Assembly (NCBI GenBank): GCA_951406725.2
Contig: OX597824.1
Location: 61,814,001-61,878,000, forward strand
Source: Octopus vulgaris
Taxonomy: Eukaryota
Direction: 5' to 3'
DNA length: 64,000 bases
Part shown: in pieces, positions 42,891 through 57,441 of the stretch
Layout of the letters: every line of letters starts with the position of its first letter
How positions within the stretch are numbered: position 1 is the first letter of the stretch
Translations under genes and position numbers: made by a program
Notes under the pieces: model-generated
Databases searched by the model: none
What the model was told of the DNA's origin: nothing
The model's input: the letters and a program-made list of their open reading frames with translations, nothing else

Positions 42891-44253
42891 TCCAGGAATT
42901 TAAAACTCCAAAACAAATGCGCAGCAAGGTATTCGAACAAAACGCTCCTTCCCACACATACACAGGAGCGCACACACATACATGTAGGCAGGTTCTCACA
43001 CCTTAAATAAGACAGCCTTAATTCTTAAAACATTCCGAACATTAGCATTAGTTATACAGAATATATTCACACCCTTTGGTTTTCAGTATTTCTTCCACTA
43101 CCAGGTTTGACCGCAGTTTGACCTGATTTATTCCAACGGACTTTTTCGTCGGCCTCCACCCCCCTAATGAACTTATGTAGGCACGCGGCTAAATTTAAAA
43201 TGTCGAATATAAATATACCATATGGATAGAGTATATATTTTGTATTTTGATTTTTGATTTTGATTTTGACTCTTGAGCGCTACGACGGATCTATAGCAAA
43301 GTCTTATTGTTTCTACATATATATTAGGAAAAACCTACAAACTTTGTTTTCATGTTATTGTATTGCATAGGATTACCTTGATTATTTATATTACCTTGAT
43401 TATTTATAAATGACCCAAAATAGGATGTTATATTTTATTTTATTTTATATGTCTTTCGTATATATTTTTATTAATGCACCCATTTTTTAAAAGCAATGTT
43501 TTTTTTTAAAAAAAGCAATGTTGTCAAAATTAGAATGTTTATATAAGTATGTGTATAGCAAAGCATATGTATTTGTAAGCATGCGTATCTGTGTATGTGT
43601 AAGTGAAAGTATGCTTGTGCTTAAGCACGCATACACACGACGGTATGTATATGTATCAATTCAAACTTGTGTATGTATACTGGCCTCTATAGATGCCAAT
43701 AACATCGCTACAAGTTTTTTCCCCGCCCCTCCTTCGTTCCTTTTTCTCTCTTTCCCTTTCTTTCGTTCCCCCTCCTTGCTCAGTATATGAGAATTGCTAC
43801 ATAGATGAATTTTAGCTTGCGTGCGAGACGGTTTGCGTGAATATATGTACACATACTTTTATGTGTATAATTTAGATTCATATTCATACGTCTGTATATG
43901 TATGTATGGCGTTTACGCGCATCCTTTTGTGTATGTTGATATATATATGTGGATTTTAATATAAATATGTATTGCAGTATTTATAACAGGTTTAATTTCT
44001 ATGCATTAATTTGTACTGTCTTCATTAACGGCAATAGGTTTTTTCCTCGGTTTTTTCCTCGGATTTTATAATTTTTATAATTTTTATAAGTCTTTTTATA
44101 TATATATACATATATTTTTGACCTTTTTGTTTATCGCTCGAAGATTGACCGTTTTTTCTAGAGGGCCAATCAAACAAGTCCATTTCTTTTTAAAGGTGTA
44201 GCGTTTGTAAGAGTATAGATTGAATTAATATATAAGTTCCATTCTAGCAAAAA

Positions 44254-44291
44254 CTGTCTGATGAACGGCAACGAGAAACTCAGAGTAACAG
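44254..44291 (+). ncRNA. minimal type I hammerhead ribozyme
   Basis: ctgt-CTGATGA-acggcaacga-GAAA-ctcagag-TA-acag. Confidence 0.7.
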
Positions 44292-44449
44292 ATTTTGTTG
44301 AATTTTCTGCTGCTTAAAATAAAGCATATTACTCTACCACTGGTATTTGAGTACTCTTCTTTTCCACCTTGTTTCACATTTATGTGTTTACTCCGGTATA
44401 TATATATATATATATATAAACGAGAAAGAAGCAACAAGAATGGATTGGT

Positions 44450-44540
44450 TTTTAGTACAATTGTTTCATACAAGGACAGGCTTTATTACAAGTTGCAAAA
44501 ATTGCAGCAGATAAAAGTGTCCCGTACTCATCAGCTAAAA
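44450..44540 (-). ncRNA. type I hammerhead ribozyme
   Basis: Reverse complement: ttttag-CTGATGA-gtacgggaca..tgtccttgtat-GAAA-caattg-TA-ctaaaa. Confidence 0.85.
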
Positions 44541-44581
44541 TACATTTGAGTTCTCTAGACATCTTAGTGGGTGAGGTTATA

Positions 44582-44643
<62 letters not shown>

Positions 44644-45165
44644 TAGCGGCGCACGTACAATTTGGTCTCTTATATGTAAGTACACATTTTACTAAATCTT
44701 GTACGACTCTATTTCTGTCTGTCAGCCCTTTCACGCTTATTCGTTCATTCCACTCTTCGTTCTTTTGTTTCGCCTCTCTCACATTTCTTTGCCGTCTCTT
44801 CTTACTCGCTTTGCCTCCACTTTTCACTACACTGTGTCCCTGTCATTTTTCCTCGTCCCTCCCTAATTCTTCTGTCCCCCTGCTTCTACTTCTCTCTCTG
44901 ACCACCACGGCCAAGCCTGTTCTTTCTTTGTTGGTCTGACAGTTGTCCGTGCAACATCGATATTTTTCCCTGTGTTTGTGACATTGTTGTATCTCTGCCG
45001 TAAGGCTTCATTTCCACTCGCGCCAGCTTAATTCAGTTCGTCTTTAGTCGAACGACACTTGTTTATTTATATCCTGTTATTATTTTTATTGTATTTTTAT
45101 TGTTTTTATATTTGTGTAACATTGTCCGTTTTTGTATTTATACATACATATATATACATATACAT

Positions 45166-45203
<38 letters not shown>

Positions 45204-45276
45204 TTTTATATACACATTTACATATACACGAATGTCTGCTTTTATGGGTGTGATATTCCTTTATGCACACATATAT

Positions 45277-45348
<72 letters not shown>

Positions 45349-48300
45349 GATATATGATATATAGAGAGTGATGGTATCTATAAATATAATCGGGACTTGA
45401 AATCACACTACATAAATTATGTATCACTATTTGTTATCTTTGCGACGTTTCCCTAGCAAAACATTTATCCGAATCATTTCCGTCGATGATACTGGAGTGG
45501 TATAAAGAATAAATTAAATAACATACCTGTATCATCTTTTCTGACTCACTAAAATTGTCATCGCCAACATCGCTATCAGCATTGTTAGAGTTGCAAGAAT
45601 ATTTTTTTGACACCACGACAAATCCCCATATGTCTACGAATTATTCGTCACTATTTCCTAAATCAGCCACCATTCAGATTCAAACTTATCAACCTTATTT
45701 CGAATACATCTGGTTAAATTTTTACCGTTTCTTGTTTTGTTACTTTTCCCCCACATTTCTGTTCATATTTCAAATGAAGATTAGAAAACCGTAATGCTCT
45801 CCGGATTTATACGATATCAGATTTCCTTTAGTATGTGAGATTCTGTTGCATATACTGCATTAACTGCAATGTTAAGATATACAAATGCAATAAAATGCAA
45901 TAAAATGTTGCAAGCAAACTTTCGGGTTACTTATACTTGTGTACATATGCTGTCTAGATGTCATATAAAAGGCGATTTTAAGTACATTAGATTCACTGCA
46001 TTAATTATACTTTAAATTTATAAATTCAACGATGCAACGTATCGAGAGAAATTAAAGTTTGAGAATGAAATCTTTCTGTCAGTCACTACACTATGCACTC
46101 TGAGTCTATTAATATAAAATCAAATATTGGAACGGGCAGGTTCATGCTATATGTTTTCTGATATTTGTGTTGACCTGATTCTTTTCTAGAGGTGAAATAA
46201 CAGTACTCATGGTTACTATGAAGAGTCTAAATATATAAAGCGACTGCAGACCTGGTGCAAGTCATTGAAACAAACTGACCTATACTAAAGAGTGGTTGCG
46301 TTTAATCGAGTCGATACATTTAACTAGTTGTGCACAGTGTCTGCCTAAACAGTTTCATTCATAGGACAGACCTGAGCCGAACTGAAGTGATGATCGAATT
46401 TGTCATGCAGTAGAAACGAAACCGGAACTTTTTGATTAGTGACTATTGCATTTGAATAACCTGTATTTTAACAACAAGCATTAATTTTTATTGCAGACAC
46501 CTTCATGCACGTGAAGATTATTAATCGCAATAATGGCAAATGAACTAGTTCCCTCAGAACTAACAATAAACACACAGATAAAATATATGGAAATCATTTA
46601 ATCCGTATAAAAGTTTTTTCTCACATATTTAGTTAATATATTATATCCATTTAATACCTTTTACGTAACGGCTAATGCCATCAAATAAAGAAGATATATT
46701 CTCTTTTTTTTTTCGTAAAAGAGAAAACGATGACATTACTGCGTATGTTGTATGTGAAACACTCTGTGATCTAATACCGTTTTATAATGTCTGGAATATA
46801 TAACATTCAGGCACTTTAAAGTTTGGTATTACATACATTAAACTTGTCAAATAGAATTTTACAGACTGGATTTATTAAACATAGTTATTACATAATACTT
46901 TTAAACCAATAAATCAATAACCAGAAGGAGGTTTTTGATTTTCATCGGTGATGCAATATTCGAACAAATTAAATATATTTTCTCAGGCATGAGAAAACTA
47001 TACTTTTTACCATGAGAAAACTATATTTTTTAGCCATGTTGTAACGAGATCCATCCCGATGCGTGGCATCTTCATTACGTTTGCTACTTTATTAAGTTTG
47101 CAGGACATTTGAAGCATTTTTATGAAATTAGGTATATATACAAATAGCATATGATAAGGTACGTGATCTACATCAGGAAATGGAAAGCAATAATGCGTTT
47201 GGAATGTATTTTATTGAGAACTATATATCTCACGTACACTAATGCCTTAATATACGAGTTAATTTGTTTCCGCAGACAGCTCGTAAAGCGAAACTAGTAA
47301 TGGAGAGCAATAATTTCCCATGATAACAACGTTATAAATCGTAATTTGTTCCCAGAAAAATATTTTACCTATAAAATTTATATTACTCGTAACTAAATGG
47401 AAATAAAACAACAGTACAATGTAAATAATATTTTACAAAGTAAAAAGAATGTCAAGATCATTTATAATAAAAGTAATTATTATTTTAATCACATTTACTC
47501 ACACTAGACTTGCGCTTACCATCACACGCGATCGTCGATTAACAAGCATTCGTAGACGGACTTATAGATTTCTTTTTAAAAAACAAGCCTAGAGTTTTCT
47601 GCTTAGGAGAAGCCTATTTCGCACTTTATAAATTTCTCAGTAACACACAGAAGCAGTGTAGAAACTTTTGCACTTCAATCAAAATTTGGATCTTGTGCTT
47701 GAAAAATAAATATCTTAAACCCGGGGTTTCGTAAGGCGGGTCCTCGTACAATGAAGTATTACTGTATTTCAAAGATTATCCTCTGCTCCAAAACATATTT
47801 ACAGCCTTTAGACAAAGAGAGAAGAGATGTGAGTGTGTGTAATTTTTTGTGTTTGGTGTCCTCTCTGTATCTGTCAATACCCCACCACTCTCACGTTGCT
47901 TATACCTGGCCACAGTTCATTTTTCTTTTCCTCACGTGACCATCTTTCTTCACCTGATCGGACGTTCAAAAGAACACATGTTTTTTCGCTCTCTTTTCCA
48001 TCTTTTCTCTTTGCAAAACCAATGTCTCTCTCAGCGTTCTCTATTTTCCGCTATGTCTGTTTTCGTTCGGTTTCCTTGTATGTCTCAACTGTCATGTTTG
48101 TGTTTCCAACTTTGACGCTCCACAAATCCAAAATTTATTTTGGAATTTATGGAAGCAACTGTCTTTGAAGACTCATATTGTCGTTTAATGCTCGAAATGA
48201 GGAGTAGATAGACAGCTGACAACTGACTTGCACTGTTGCGAGTGTACTTCATTCTGTAACCACATATGCATGTATGTATGTATGTATGTATATATATATA

Positions 48301-48386
48301 TATATAAATATATATATTATATATATATATATATGTGTGTGTGTATATATATATATATGTGTGTGTGCATGTATGTATGTATATAC

Positions 48387-48448
<62 letters not shown>

Positions 48449-48469
48449 TATTGTTATTATTTATTGTTC

Positions 48470-48672
48470 TGGCAGAAACGTTCGCACGCCTGGCGAGATG
48501 CGTAACGTTCTTTTTTTATCTGTCTTTTCGTTCTGAGTTCTAATTCCGCCGAGGTCGACTTTGCCTTTCATCCTTTCAGAATCGATAAATTAAGTACTAG
48601 CTGCATTCTGGGGTCGATCTAATTGACTGGCCCCTCCCCCAAATTTTCGGACCTTGTGCTTAGTGTAGAAAA
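48470..48672 (+). mobile_element. SINE with conserved central domain
   Basis: gccgaggtcgactttgcctttcatcctt..tcgataaattaagtac core; same family on the minus strand at 59.4, 62.1 and 63.4 kb. Confidence 0.8.
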
Positions 48673-48699
48673 TATTATATATATATATATATATATATA

Positions 48700-49928
48700 T
48701 CAGGTCACTAAGAATGAAATGTCCGATTTTGAATTGAAAGTTTATTTTACTTTATCTTTTAAAAAAAGCAATGCAGTTAATCAAAGTATGCACCTAAATC
48801 ATCAAAATGATTTTGCCATTTTGTCGCATGCTTATTTATGCCAGCAGAGAGGGATCCTGGGGAGCAAGTGGTGATGAAATCATGAAAGGCTGTTTTTGCA
48901 TGTTCTTCAGACCTGAAATTGTTCCTTGCAAAAATTTGCCTAAAGCCTGGAAAACGTTACAGTTACTGCAAGGTCTGGTGAATATTATGGATGATAGAGT
49001 AGCGTTTTTTGTATAACATGTTGTCGAGCATTGTCTTGCAAGAGAATTGGTCTGTCCTGTTGACCAACCTCGGTTGTTTAATTGCAAATTCACTCATTAT
49101 TTCATCCAATTGGTTGATATACACATCCGCTGTAATTGACTTACACGCTTTCATGAAAGTGTAGTGAATGACACCTTCGCTGGGCCACCAAGCAGGCACC
49201 ATTAGATGCTTTTGGTGAATATTTTTGTTTGGATGGTGATTTGGCACTTCGTCTCTATCCAACTACCGTACTGAACGCTTGCTATTGTTGAAAAGAATAC
49301 ATTTTGCAAAATACTTAACAAAACGATTCAAAAATAGTTCGCTTTTAAGCCATGACAGTAAAGAACAGCAAGTCTCAAGACGACGTGTCATTTGATACTC
49401 GTTCAGTTCGTGTGGTACCTACTTGTCCAGTTTCTTTACTTTGCCCCTTTGTTTCAGATTGTCCAATACAATTGGAATCGAAACATCAAGCCTTCATGCT
49501 AACTCACGCGTAGTTTGAGATGTATACGCTGCCATTACAGTTTCCAGCTCATCATTATTTTCCTTGGTCTCATGTCTACCACGGAACATATTTTGAAGAG
49601 TAAGTCACCACAGCGGAACTTCTCAAACCATTGACGTACAGTGTGCTCATTCGCCACATATTCACCAAACACCTCATTGATGTTTTGAGCTGTCTGGAAT
49701 GCATTGGTTCCACGACGGAACTCATATTTATAAACAACACGAATATTGTATCTAGCCATAGGTTAACAAAAATTGATTTACAAGAGAATGCTCTCAATAT
49801 AATCAGACATCACGAATTACATTTCGAAAAGTAACTCTTCTATGTTGTAAAACAAAGAATTGGTAGGATAGAGTTGACGACTATCAAAATTGCTGCTTAA
49901 AAAATCAGACATTTCATTCTTCAACTGA
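48700..49928 (-). mobile_element. mariner DNA transposon, degenerate, with TIRs
   Basis: TIR cores agaatgaaatgtccgatttt (48711-48730) / aaaatcagacatttcattct (49901-49920); HTH YEFRRG..NINEVFG..TVRQWFEKF; WW..GVIHY; ~1.2 kb. Confidence 0.88.
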
Positions 49929-50009
49929 AGCTTGGGTTCGATATAAGCGATTAAGCCCTTCACCAAAAATTTCTGGTCATGTGCTTATAGTAGGAATACC
50001 TTCAGGATT

Positions 50010-51150
50010 AGCAGCCAAGAATTTTCCGTGAAACTATAGTACAATGGATCACATATTCACTCTAGAGAACGACTTAATGAATACAAGCTGCTTTTGTGCA
50101 TCGCTTTCACTGACAACTTTGATAGCGTCGAGATGAATGCAGTGATGAAATGTCTGAAAATGTCGGGTGTCAAGTTGCTATACATCAAACTGCTAAGAGA
50201 TGCGAATTCTGGGTGCACAACAAATATATCTCTGCTCTCGCCATTGGTAAGAGATCCAGTTGGGAAGGTCATCAAACAAGGAGATAACACCTCTCCAAAG
50301 CAGCTCTTTATTTCGTATCTAGTATTGGTCATCTGTGACATTGACTGAACAGGTTGCTGGAACATCAACAGCGAGTTTCTAACAAACTTCCTTTTCGCAG
50401 ATGACTTGGCGCACATCGCCGAAGCCACAAATCAGCTGCAGACTGAGCTGACAGAATTGGAGACTCAGAGCTTAGGTCTTAAATTGAACTACAAGCAAAC
50501 AAAATATATGTGGTCGGAAGATGTATTACAAAGATGAATAGAAGTGGGAAGCGATGAAATCGAGGCGATAAAAGAGTACATCTACTTAGGGCACACAGTG
50601 AATATGCATCGAGATATAGATGCTGAAACTTCGAAGAGAATAAGAACAAGATAAGAAGGCGTTTACGTCAATAAAGTATGTAGTCAAATCAAAGCTGGAC
50701 AACATCATTCTTGTCACACTCTTCAATGTTACAATCTTACGAGTGGTCTTATACGCTAGTAAATCTTGGAATAAAACGAAAATTGAAGAACATCGATTGG
50801 CTACGACGAAAAATGCCATGGAAAGTTCCTTACAAGGAATATTATTATGAGAGCATATTCAAAACGAAATAATTCGATTTCAGAGTCGAGTACACACTGA
50901 GTGGAGAAAACTCGCAGATTACCGCAGATCCGAGTGGAGTATACTAGCAGATTACCGAGCACATAAGCTCGCTGGGCCGGACATGTTACAATGTTCGCAA
51001 GTGGACCCGTGCAGTTGCCGATGAGTATTCCAGATATTGAAAAATGTCGTTTTGAAGGCCTCCACGACGATTAGAAGACGATTTAGCTAAGTAGGGAGAA
51101 GATTGAAAAGAATGGCACAGTAAACAAAGACATAGGAATGCGTAGTGCCC
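50010..51150 (+). mobile_element. RTE-clade LINE, degenerate RT and 3' fragment
   Basis: TMDHIFTL, FDSVE, IKQGDNTSPK, FLFADD, YIYLG, WAGHV motifs with many stops and frameshifts. Confidence 0.8.
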
Positions 51151-51352
51151 AGCTGGAGGCACAGCACTCTAGAAATACACGTCAATAACTACAAACCACC
51201 TAAGTTAGCACTTCGTTTAACACAAGGCTGTATGCGATGAAAATGGACAGAAAGGATTTATTAAAATATTATGGACAACCTTATATCACAAGATTTCATA
51301 TTGAAATTGTGTTACAATCTTCAGTAGTGTACACCGACCGTAAACAATTGAA

Positions 51353-51810
51353 GGATCTTTTCAGTTTGACCGGCAGTTTTTAAAAATAATTTCCACGTAA
51401 CTAAACACTTTTAAACTTCGTATACTGGTAAAATGTGTTTATAAAACATCTTTTTCTTTTGGCTTTATTGAGAAAATTCTATAGTTTGTAAGATATTTGT
51501 TGTTTTTTTTCTTCAATTTCTGCATTTTCAACCAATCAATGATGTCTATTGAGGTGAAAATATTCTGTGCAGTATGAATGTCCCCCGTTTAAGAAATAGA
51601 TTGGGTTTATTTACATTTCTGAAGAAAAAAAGATACCCTTCCCCCACTCCTAACTCTAACCGTAACCCTAACTATTCCTAACTAACCCTAACTCTAACCC
51701 TAACCCTAAAACAGATTGAAATGTAATAGATCGATACTAGGGTCATAATTATGGGTGACAATTTCATATGACACCGCTAGAAAAAACTGCCGTTCAAGCC
51801 GAAAAGATCC
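51353..51810. mobile_element. MITE-like element with ~29-bp TIRs and internal (CCCTAA)n-like tract
   Basis: ggatcttttcagtttgaccggcagttttt / aaaaaactgccgttcaagccgaaaagatcc; degenerate CCCTAA repeats at ~51648-51708. Confidence 0.75.
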
Positions 51811-51820
51811 CAACTGAGAA

Positions 51821-51859
<39 letters not shown>

Positions 51860-52041
51860 CATAGATATACAGACGTACAAATACGAATATATACATGCAT
51901 TCACACATATATACGGAGTAAAAACCTCATCGTCCATTTCAGCCATGTGAATATAATTAATGATTTATGAGTGACCAGCATACAAAAAAACCCGTATGTG
52001 TTAAATTAATGTTTAAAATATAATTTGCGCAACACGATTTT

Positions 52042-52090
52042 TCGTCAGTGAACAGATCGCGGTTTCAAAGCGACGAAAATATTTTGACAA
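52042..52090 (+). ncRNA. type I hammerhead ribozyme, G3-C8 core variant (second copy)
   Basis: gtca-GTGAACA-gatcgc..gcgac-GAAA-atat-TT-tgac; homologous to 1974-2023. Confidence 0.58.
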
Positions 52091-52263
52091 ATTAAATTTA
52101 AATGTTGAAGTGAATCTAAGGTTTTTTTTTGTGTGTGTTTTTAAATGGCTTATAAACACCTTCCAAACTGCAATTATAATTATACGCTAAATATTAATTT
52201 AGACCATATGGTTTTTTGTGTACTGGCTACTGATAATTAATGACTTTATCCTAATTATACATG

Positions 52264-52343
<80 letters not shown>

Positions 52344-52394
52344 TACAGCAATACAGTAATATATACGCGTACACAATCTTTCACCCTGTCTTTC

Positions 52395-52428
<34 letters not shown>

Positions 52429-53882
52429 TGTGCACAGGTGTAAGTGTATATGTATACGTTTCAAGATTTCGAGAGCATTAAATCTATGCATTAATAATTG
52501 AATTATGAACGATTGAATTTAGTCTTTTGAAAATTAGCAAAGTAATTTCTATTTTCTTTTCGTTTATTTGTTAATATTACAGTCTCGTAAGTGTCAAATA
52601 TGTTACCATATTTTTTCGACTTGGTCACTGACATCATTATGCTGTATTTTAACATTTGATGGTAAGCAGTACTATTAAGAAATAAATTGCGTGTCTTAAA
52701 TAGATAGACTCAATCTTTTACAATGTGAGAATTTTAGCTTCAACAAACTGTGAATGATCCAATCAGTAGTCAAACAGCTAAAAGTCATAAATTTATATGA
52801 AATATTTCCCAACGTAAATAGTGTTATTGTTCAAACCATCATTTCATATATTACGGTTAACGTAGAAGACAACACACACCTGCGATATTTACATTATCTT
52901 GTCTCATCAAGAGTACATAATATTTATTCATATGACATAAATACACCTTATATACATACAGATGCATGCACACACACACACACACGCACACACACACACA
53001 TACACACACACATATATATATATATATGTGTGTGTATGTATGTATTAAGTATGTATGTATATATATGTATATGTGTGTGTGTGTATGTGTATGTATGTCT
53101 CAGCTTCTATTTCATATATTAAAATTAGACGCGATATGCACTACCATTGCAGTTCTGAGAGAAACACATTAATCTATACTGCAGAGAAACACGTATTCAC
53201 GTTCGTAATATTTCTCAGCAACATTCACGTATGTATACATTTCAGTGATACGAGTGTTAGAATAACTTACTATGTATATTTCACGTAATGCCATGAATCA
53301 TAACACCTGCATATATGGTGAGCAATGAAAAACATTAAATATAAATATGAACAAAAGAAAATTGTTTAGAAAATTCAAAACATTTTATTTATGCATCACC
53401 TTCTGGCATTACCATATTGAATCCATATTATTAAACAAAGGCATTGTTAATAGATAGCAAGGAAATTGAACCGTGAACATAATTTCAAAGTCACGAAAAG
53501 AATTCATATAATTTTGTTTGAAAGGCATTGGATAATTAGCCTGTCACATCTACATATATCTGCAGGTGCCTTCTTTGTTGTGATATAAATGTACTGTATA
53601 CTCTTTAGGTAAAGCTTTGTTAAGCATTTAGGATTTTTTATACGAGGTTATTTAAAAGTAATCATAAATAATGAAATGTATTTCCGCCTTGTCTAAAATA
53701 CATATTGCATTTGTATTGCGCCTCACCTCGGGGTTGAAAATTGAGAAACAGAGTTCCAGAGAAGATACGAGCTGTAACCAAAAGGCAGGTTTGGAGTACT
53801 TTTAAAGTGCATGATATATATATATATATATATATATATAAACATTAATATTTAAATGCACAAAAAGAAGAATAAAATCATC

Positions 53883-53963
<81 letters not shown>

Positions 53964-54679
53964 ATGTGTGTGTGTGTGTGTAGTCGTATGTAATGCTGAA
54001 AATATTCCATATGTATATTATACGCTGATATCTTCCGAACTAGTAGCCTCATCTCAGTTTTTATTAAGAAAGCGTTTTACCCTGCTGTTGCAGCAGGTGC
54101 TTGTATTATTTAATAACGTTCCCTGATTTCGGATTAGAATGGTTTATTAAATCTACTGATGTAGATTGTCCTTCTCTTGTCAACTCTTGGAATATTTCCC
54201 AATTAATTATTTTATATTTATTTTCAATGCTTCAAAGCATACGCTATCTACCATAAGCGTAATTTGAACTTAGCATAAATTTGTTTTGAAGCTGAAAGGT
54301 ATCTTAGTTATACATATTATTTTGCTCAATATTGCTTCCCGTTATCCATACAACAGAACGGGTCTGTAATTAAAATTCATTCTCCAGAACTTATCGGTCT
54401 TTGTCATTATCCTCATCTCAAATTGCATCTAAAGCGTTCTGAAAAGCTTACGTTGCTGACACTGAATTTCAGATGGTGTCGAACTTAAGATGACATTTTA
54501 TTCAGGACCAATGATGCGCAGAGTACATTTCTATTAGTTTCTGTCTTTTAGGTTCTATATTTAAATTATTTGTTCCCTGCCACTGTGCTATGTGTGCGTG
54601 TGTGTGTGCGTGTGTGTGTATGTGTGTGTGTGTGTGTATGTGTGTGTGTGTGTTTGCGGGTATGAATCAGGTATATTCA

Positions 54680-54840
54680 GCGTGGCTGTGTTGTAAGAAA
54701 CTTGTTTCCCAACCACATGGCCCCAATTTCAGTCCCTCTGCGTAGCACCTTAGGCAAGTGTCTCCCACTATAGCTTCGGTCCGACTAAATCCTTGTGAGT
54801 GGATCTGGTAGATGGAAACTCAAAGAAGCCCGACGTATAT
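54680..54840 (+). mobile_element. tRNA-derived SINE
   Basis: tRNA-like head (gcgtggctgtgttgtaagaa..ttcagtccc) and body ccttgtgagtggatctggtagatggaaact ending in TA/TG repeats; degenerate relative at ~36420-36560. Confidence 0.75.
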
Positions 54841-55221
54841 ATATATGCATATATATGTGTGTGTGTGTAAATTAATAAATGCAGTTAAACGCATAGAGCG
54901 TGCATACCGATGTAAACATTGGCAGAAACACACCTAATTTCACGTAAGTGATATCTATCATTCAATGTAATTTAAACGTTAATTTTCTTCTTATATTTCA
55001 CATTCACTAGATATACCTTTTTCCAAGACTTAAGAGTTTTATTTAATTTACATATCGTTATATACTACTCATTTATTTGTTTTTTTCCTTTACCCCTCCT
55101 CTTTCTTTAGGCTACCTTATATCCTCTATGGTTTTTTTTGTACACAAATAGCGTTTAGTTAATCATTATGCATATCCATCATTATTCTGTTAAAATATCT
55201 TATTAATTGGTTTCATATTTT

Positions 55222-55310
55222 ATTTCCCTGAAGAAAAGATTACATTGTTTTACACCATTTTATTCCTTTGAAATAATACCAGTGATATCTTCGAAAGATG
55301 TGTCGGAGGT
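55222..55310 (+). ncRNA. type I hammerhead ribozyme, mutated stems
   Basis: atttcc-CTGAAGA-aaagat..atcttc-GAAA-gatgtg-TC-ggaggt; first pairs of stems II and III mismatched; followed by (TATC)n at ~55510. Confidence 0.55.
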
Positions 55311-55507
55311 AAAAGAATTTTAATAAGACCTGCGTTTAACTCAATTTATTTATTTATATATATTATACAAAATATCTTACGTAAACCCAGAGTTTCTAAC
55401 TTCAATAACAAGGAGTTACACCTTTTTACTCGTGTGATATTTTGCTACCTTGGTAACTATTTGTCTGTTTTTCCCGTGTTAATTTTTAACAAAGGAAAAT
55501 TACACAC

Positions 55508-55565
<58 letters not shown>

Positions 55566-55605
55566 ATCTATCTATATGTGTGTGTGTGTGTGTGCGTGTG
55601 TAGGA

Positions 55606-55736
<131 letters not shown>

Positions 55737-55909
55737 ATATATATATGTATAGATAAGAAAGTTGGTTTGTGAAAGCACGTGGTTGAATATATAGAAAATA
55801 GTAAAATGTGAAAAAACTACAGAAGGCTTAAAGGTTAAAAAATATATATATTTGCGTCAATATGTCTGAAGAATATTAAAAAATTTTTTCTTACAATGAC
55901 ATAGTTTAG

Positions 55910-55948
55910 AAGAAAGACCGGTTTCGCGTTTAGCTTTTCAAATTTCTT
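55910..55948 (-). ncRNA. minimal hammerhead ribozyme, U3-A8 variant (left pseudo-LTR)
   Basis: Reverse complement of 57442-57480. Confidence 0.6.
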
Positions 55949-56196
55949 ACGACGTTATGTTTATCTTGAACAGAGTTATCTTTATGTTTATGTTTAAAAG
56001 AGTTCTAAATAAGGGGAGGTAATGAGTGATTTCTTTCGGTGTAAGGGAGATAATTGCTTAAAATTAAAAAAAAAAATTTTCCTTTCCCTTGGTATGAATT
56101 TCTCTGTATCAGTATGTTGGCATGGTTAAGCCTGGGCTTGTACTTTTCAATGAAGAATGTTTCCTTGTTTAGTCTCATTTGTGTTGATGATCCGAT

Positions 56197-57300
56197 AGCA
56201 CATATTTTGTTCTGAGAAAAGAGAATTGGAAACGATTCTTAGACGATTGTTTTATACTCTGGAATGAAAACACAGATAAACTCCTAAAATTTAAAAACCT
56301 ATTGAACAGCGTAAACCCAAATATACAGTTCACAATGGAATACAACCAAAAGGAGCTCCCGTTCTTGGATATACTAATTAAAAAAATTAACCTTAAAATA
56401 GAAACAGACATTTTTTACAAAGCCACAGACGCCAAACAATACCTTCATTTTAATTCATGCCACCCAAGACACACTAAAACAAACATCCCCTTCAACCTTG
56501 CAAGAAGGATATGCACAATAGTGTCAGAACAAAATACCAGGAACTTTAGACTGCAAGAACTCAAAAACACCCTAATTGACAGACATTACCCAGCCCAACT
56601 CATAGAGGATGGGATCAGACGTGCAACAGAAATCAACATAGAAACTTTAAGAAAAGTTCAACACAACAACACACCTTTCCCGAAAATACTACCTTACATA
56701 TCTACATACAACCACAGAAACAAAGAAGCCTTCACCATCATCACCCGGAATTTACCAATACTACATATGGAGCCCAAATTAAAGGAAATTCTAAACATAC
56801 ACCAAATCATTAAAAGCTACAAACAACCTAAATCACTTAAAAATATTCTCACAAAGGCAAAATTGTTTTCTGAAATTACGGATGCAAAAGTAAAAAAATG
56901 TGGTAGATCGAACTGTGCAACATGTCCAAACCTGCTAGAAGGATCAGAATTCCTCTTTAAAGAGGGACAGAAATTCAAGATCAAATCTAACTTTACTTGT
57001 GCCTCTGAAAACATAATTTATGTCATAAAATGCTCGGGCTGCCACCAAGACTACGTGGGATCCACAGGACTATCACTCAGACGTAGATGCACACTGCATC
57101 GACAACAGATTGCATTCCCAGAATAGAGAATGATACCTTTTAGTGAGCACATTGAGAAATGCGCAAAGCAACTACTACCACAATTTTTAATCTTTCCATT
57201 TTACCAATGTGCTTTCGGATCATCAACACAAATGAGACTAAACAAGGAAACATTCTTCATTGAAAAGTACAAGCCCAGGCTTAACCATGCCAACATACAC
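56197..57300 (+). pseudogene. PLE RT C-terminal part + Cys linker + GIY-YIG, one premature stop at ~57124
   Basis: WKRFLDDCF (~56227-56253), LNSVNPNIQFTME, LPFLD, YLHFNSCHP, CGRSNCATC, IIYVIKCSGCHQDYVGST, then EHIEKC..E..FIEKYKPRLN. Confidence 0.9.
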
Positions 57301-57441
57301 CAAGGGAAAGGAAAAAAAAAAAAAAATTTTAAGCGACTATCTCCCTTATACCGGAAGAAATCACTCATTACCTCCCCTTATTTAGAACGCTTTTAAACGT
57401 AAACATAAAGATAACTCTGTTCAAGATAAACATAACGTCGT

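Noticed and set aside
44125-44185. Weak HHR-like patterns here and at ~48161-48213 and ~51280-51328
   Set aside because: Incomplete core or unpaired stems
51648-51708. Telomere or chromosome-fusion remnant
   Set aside because: Short, degenerate and enclosed by the TIRs of a mobile element
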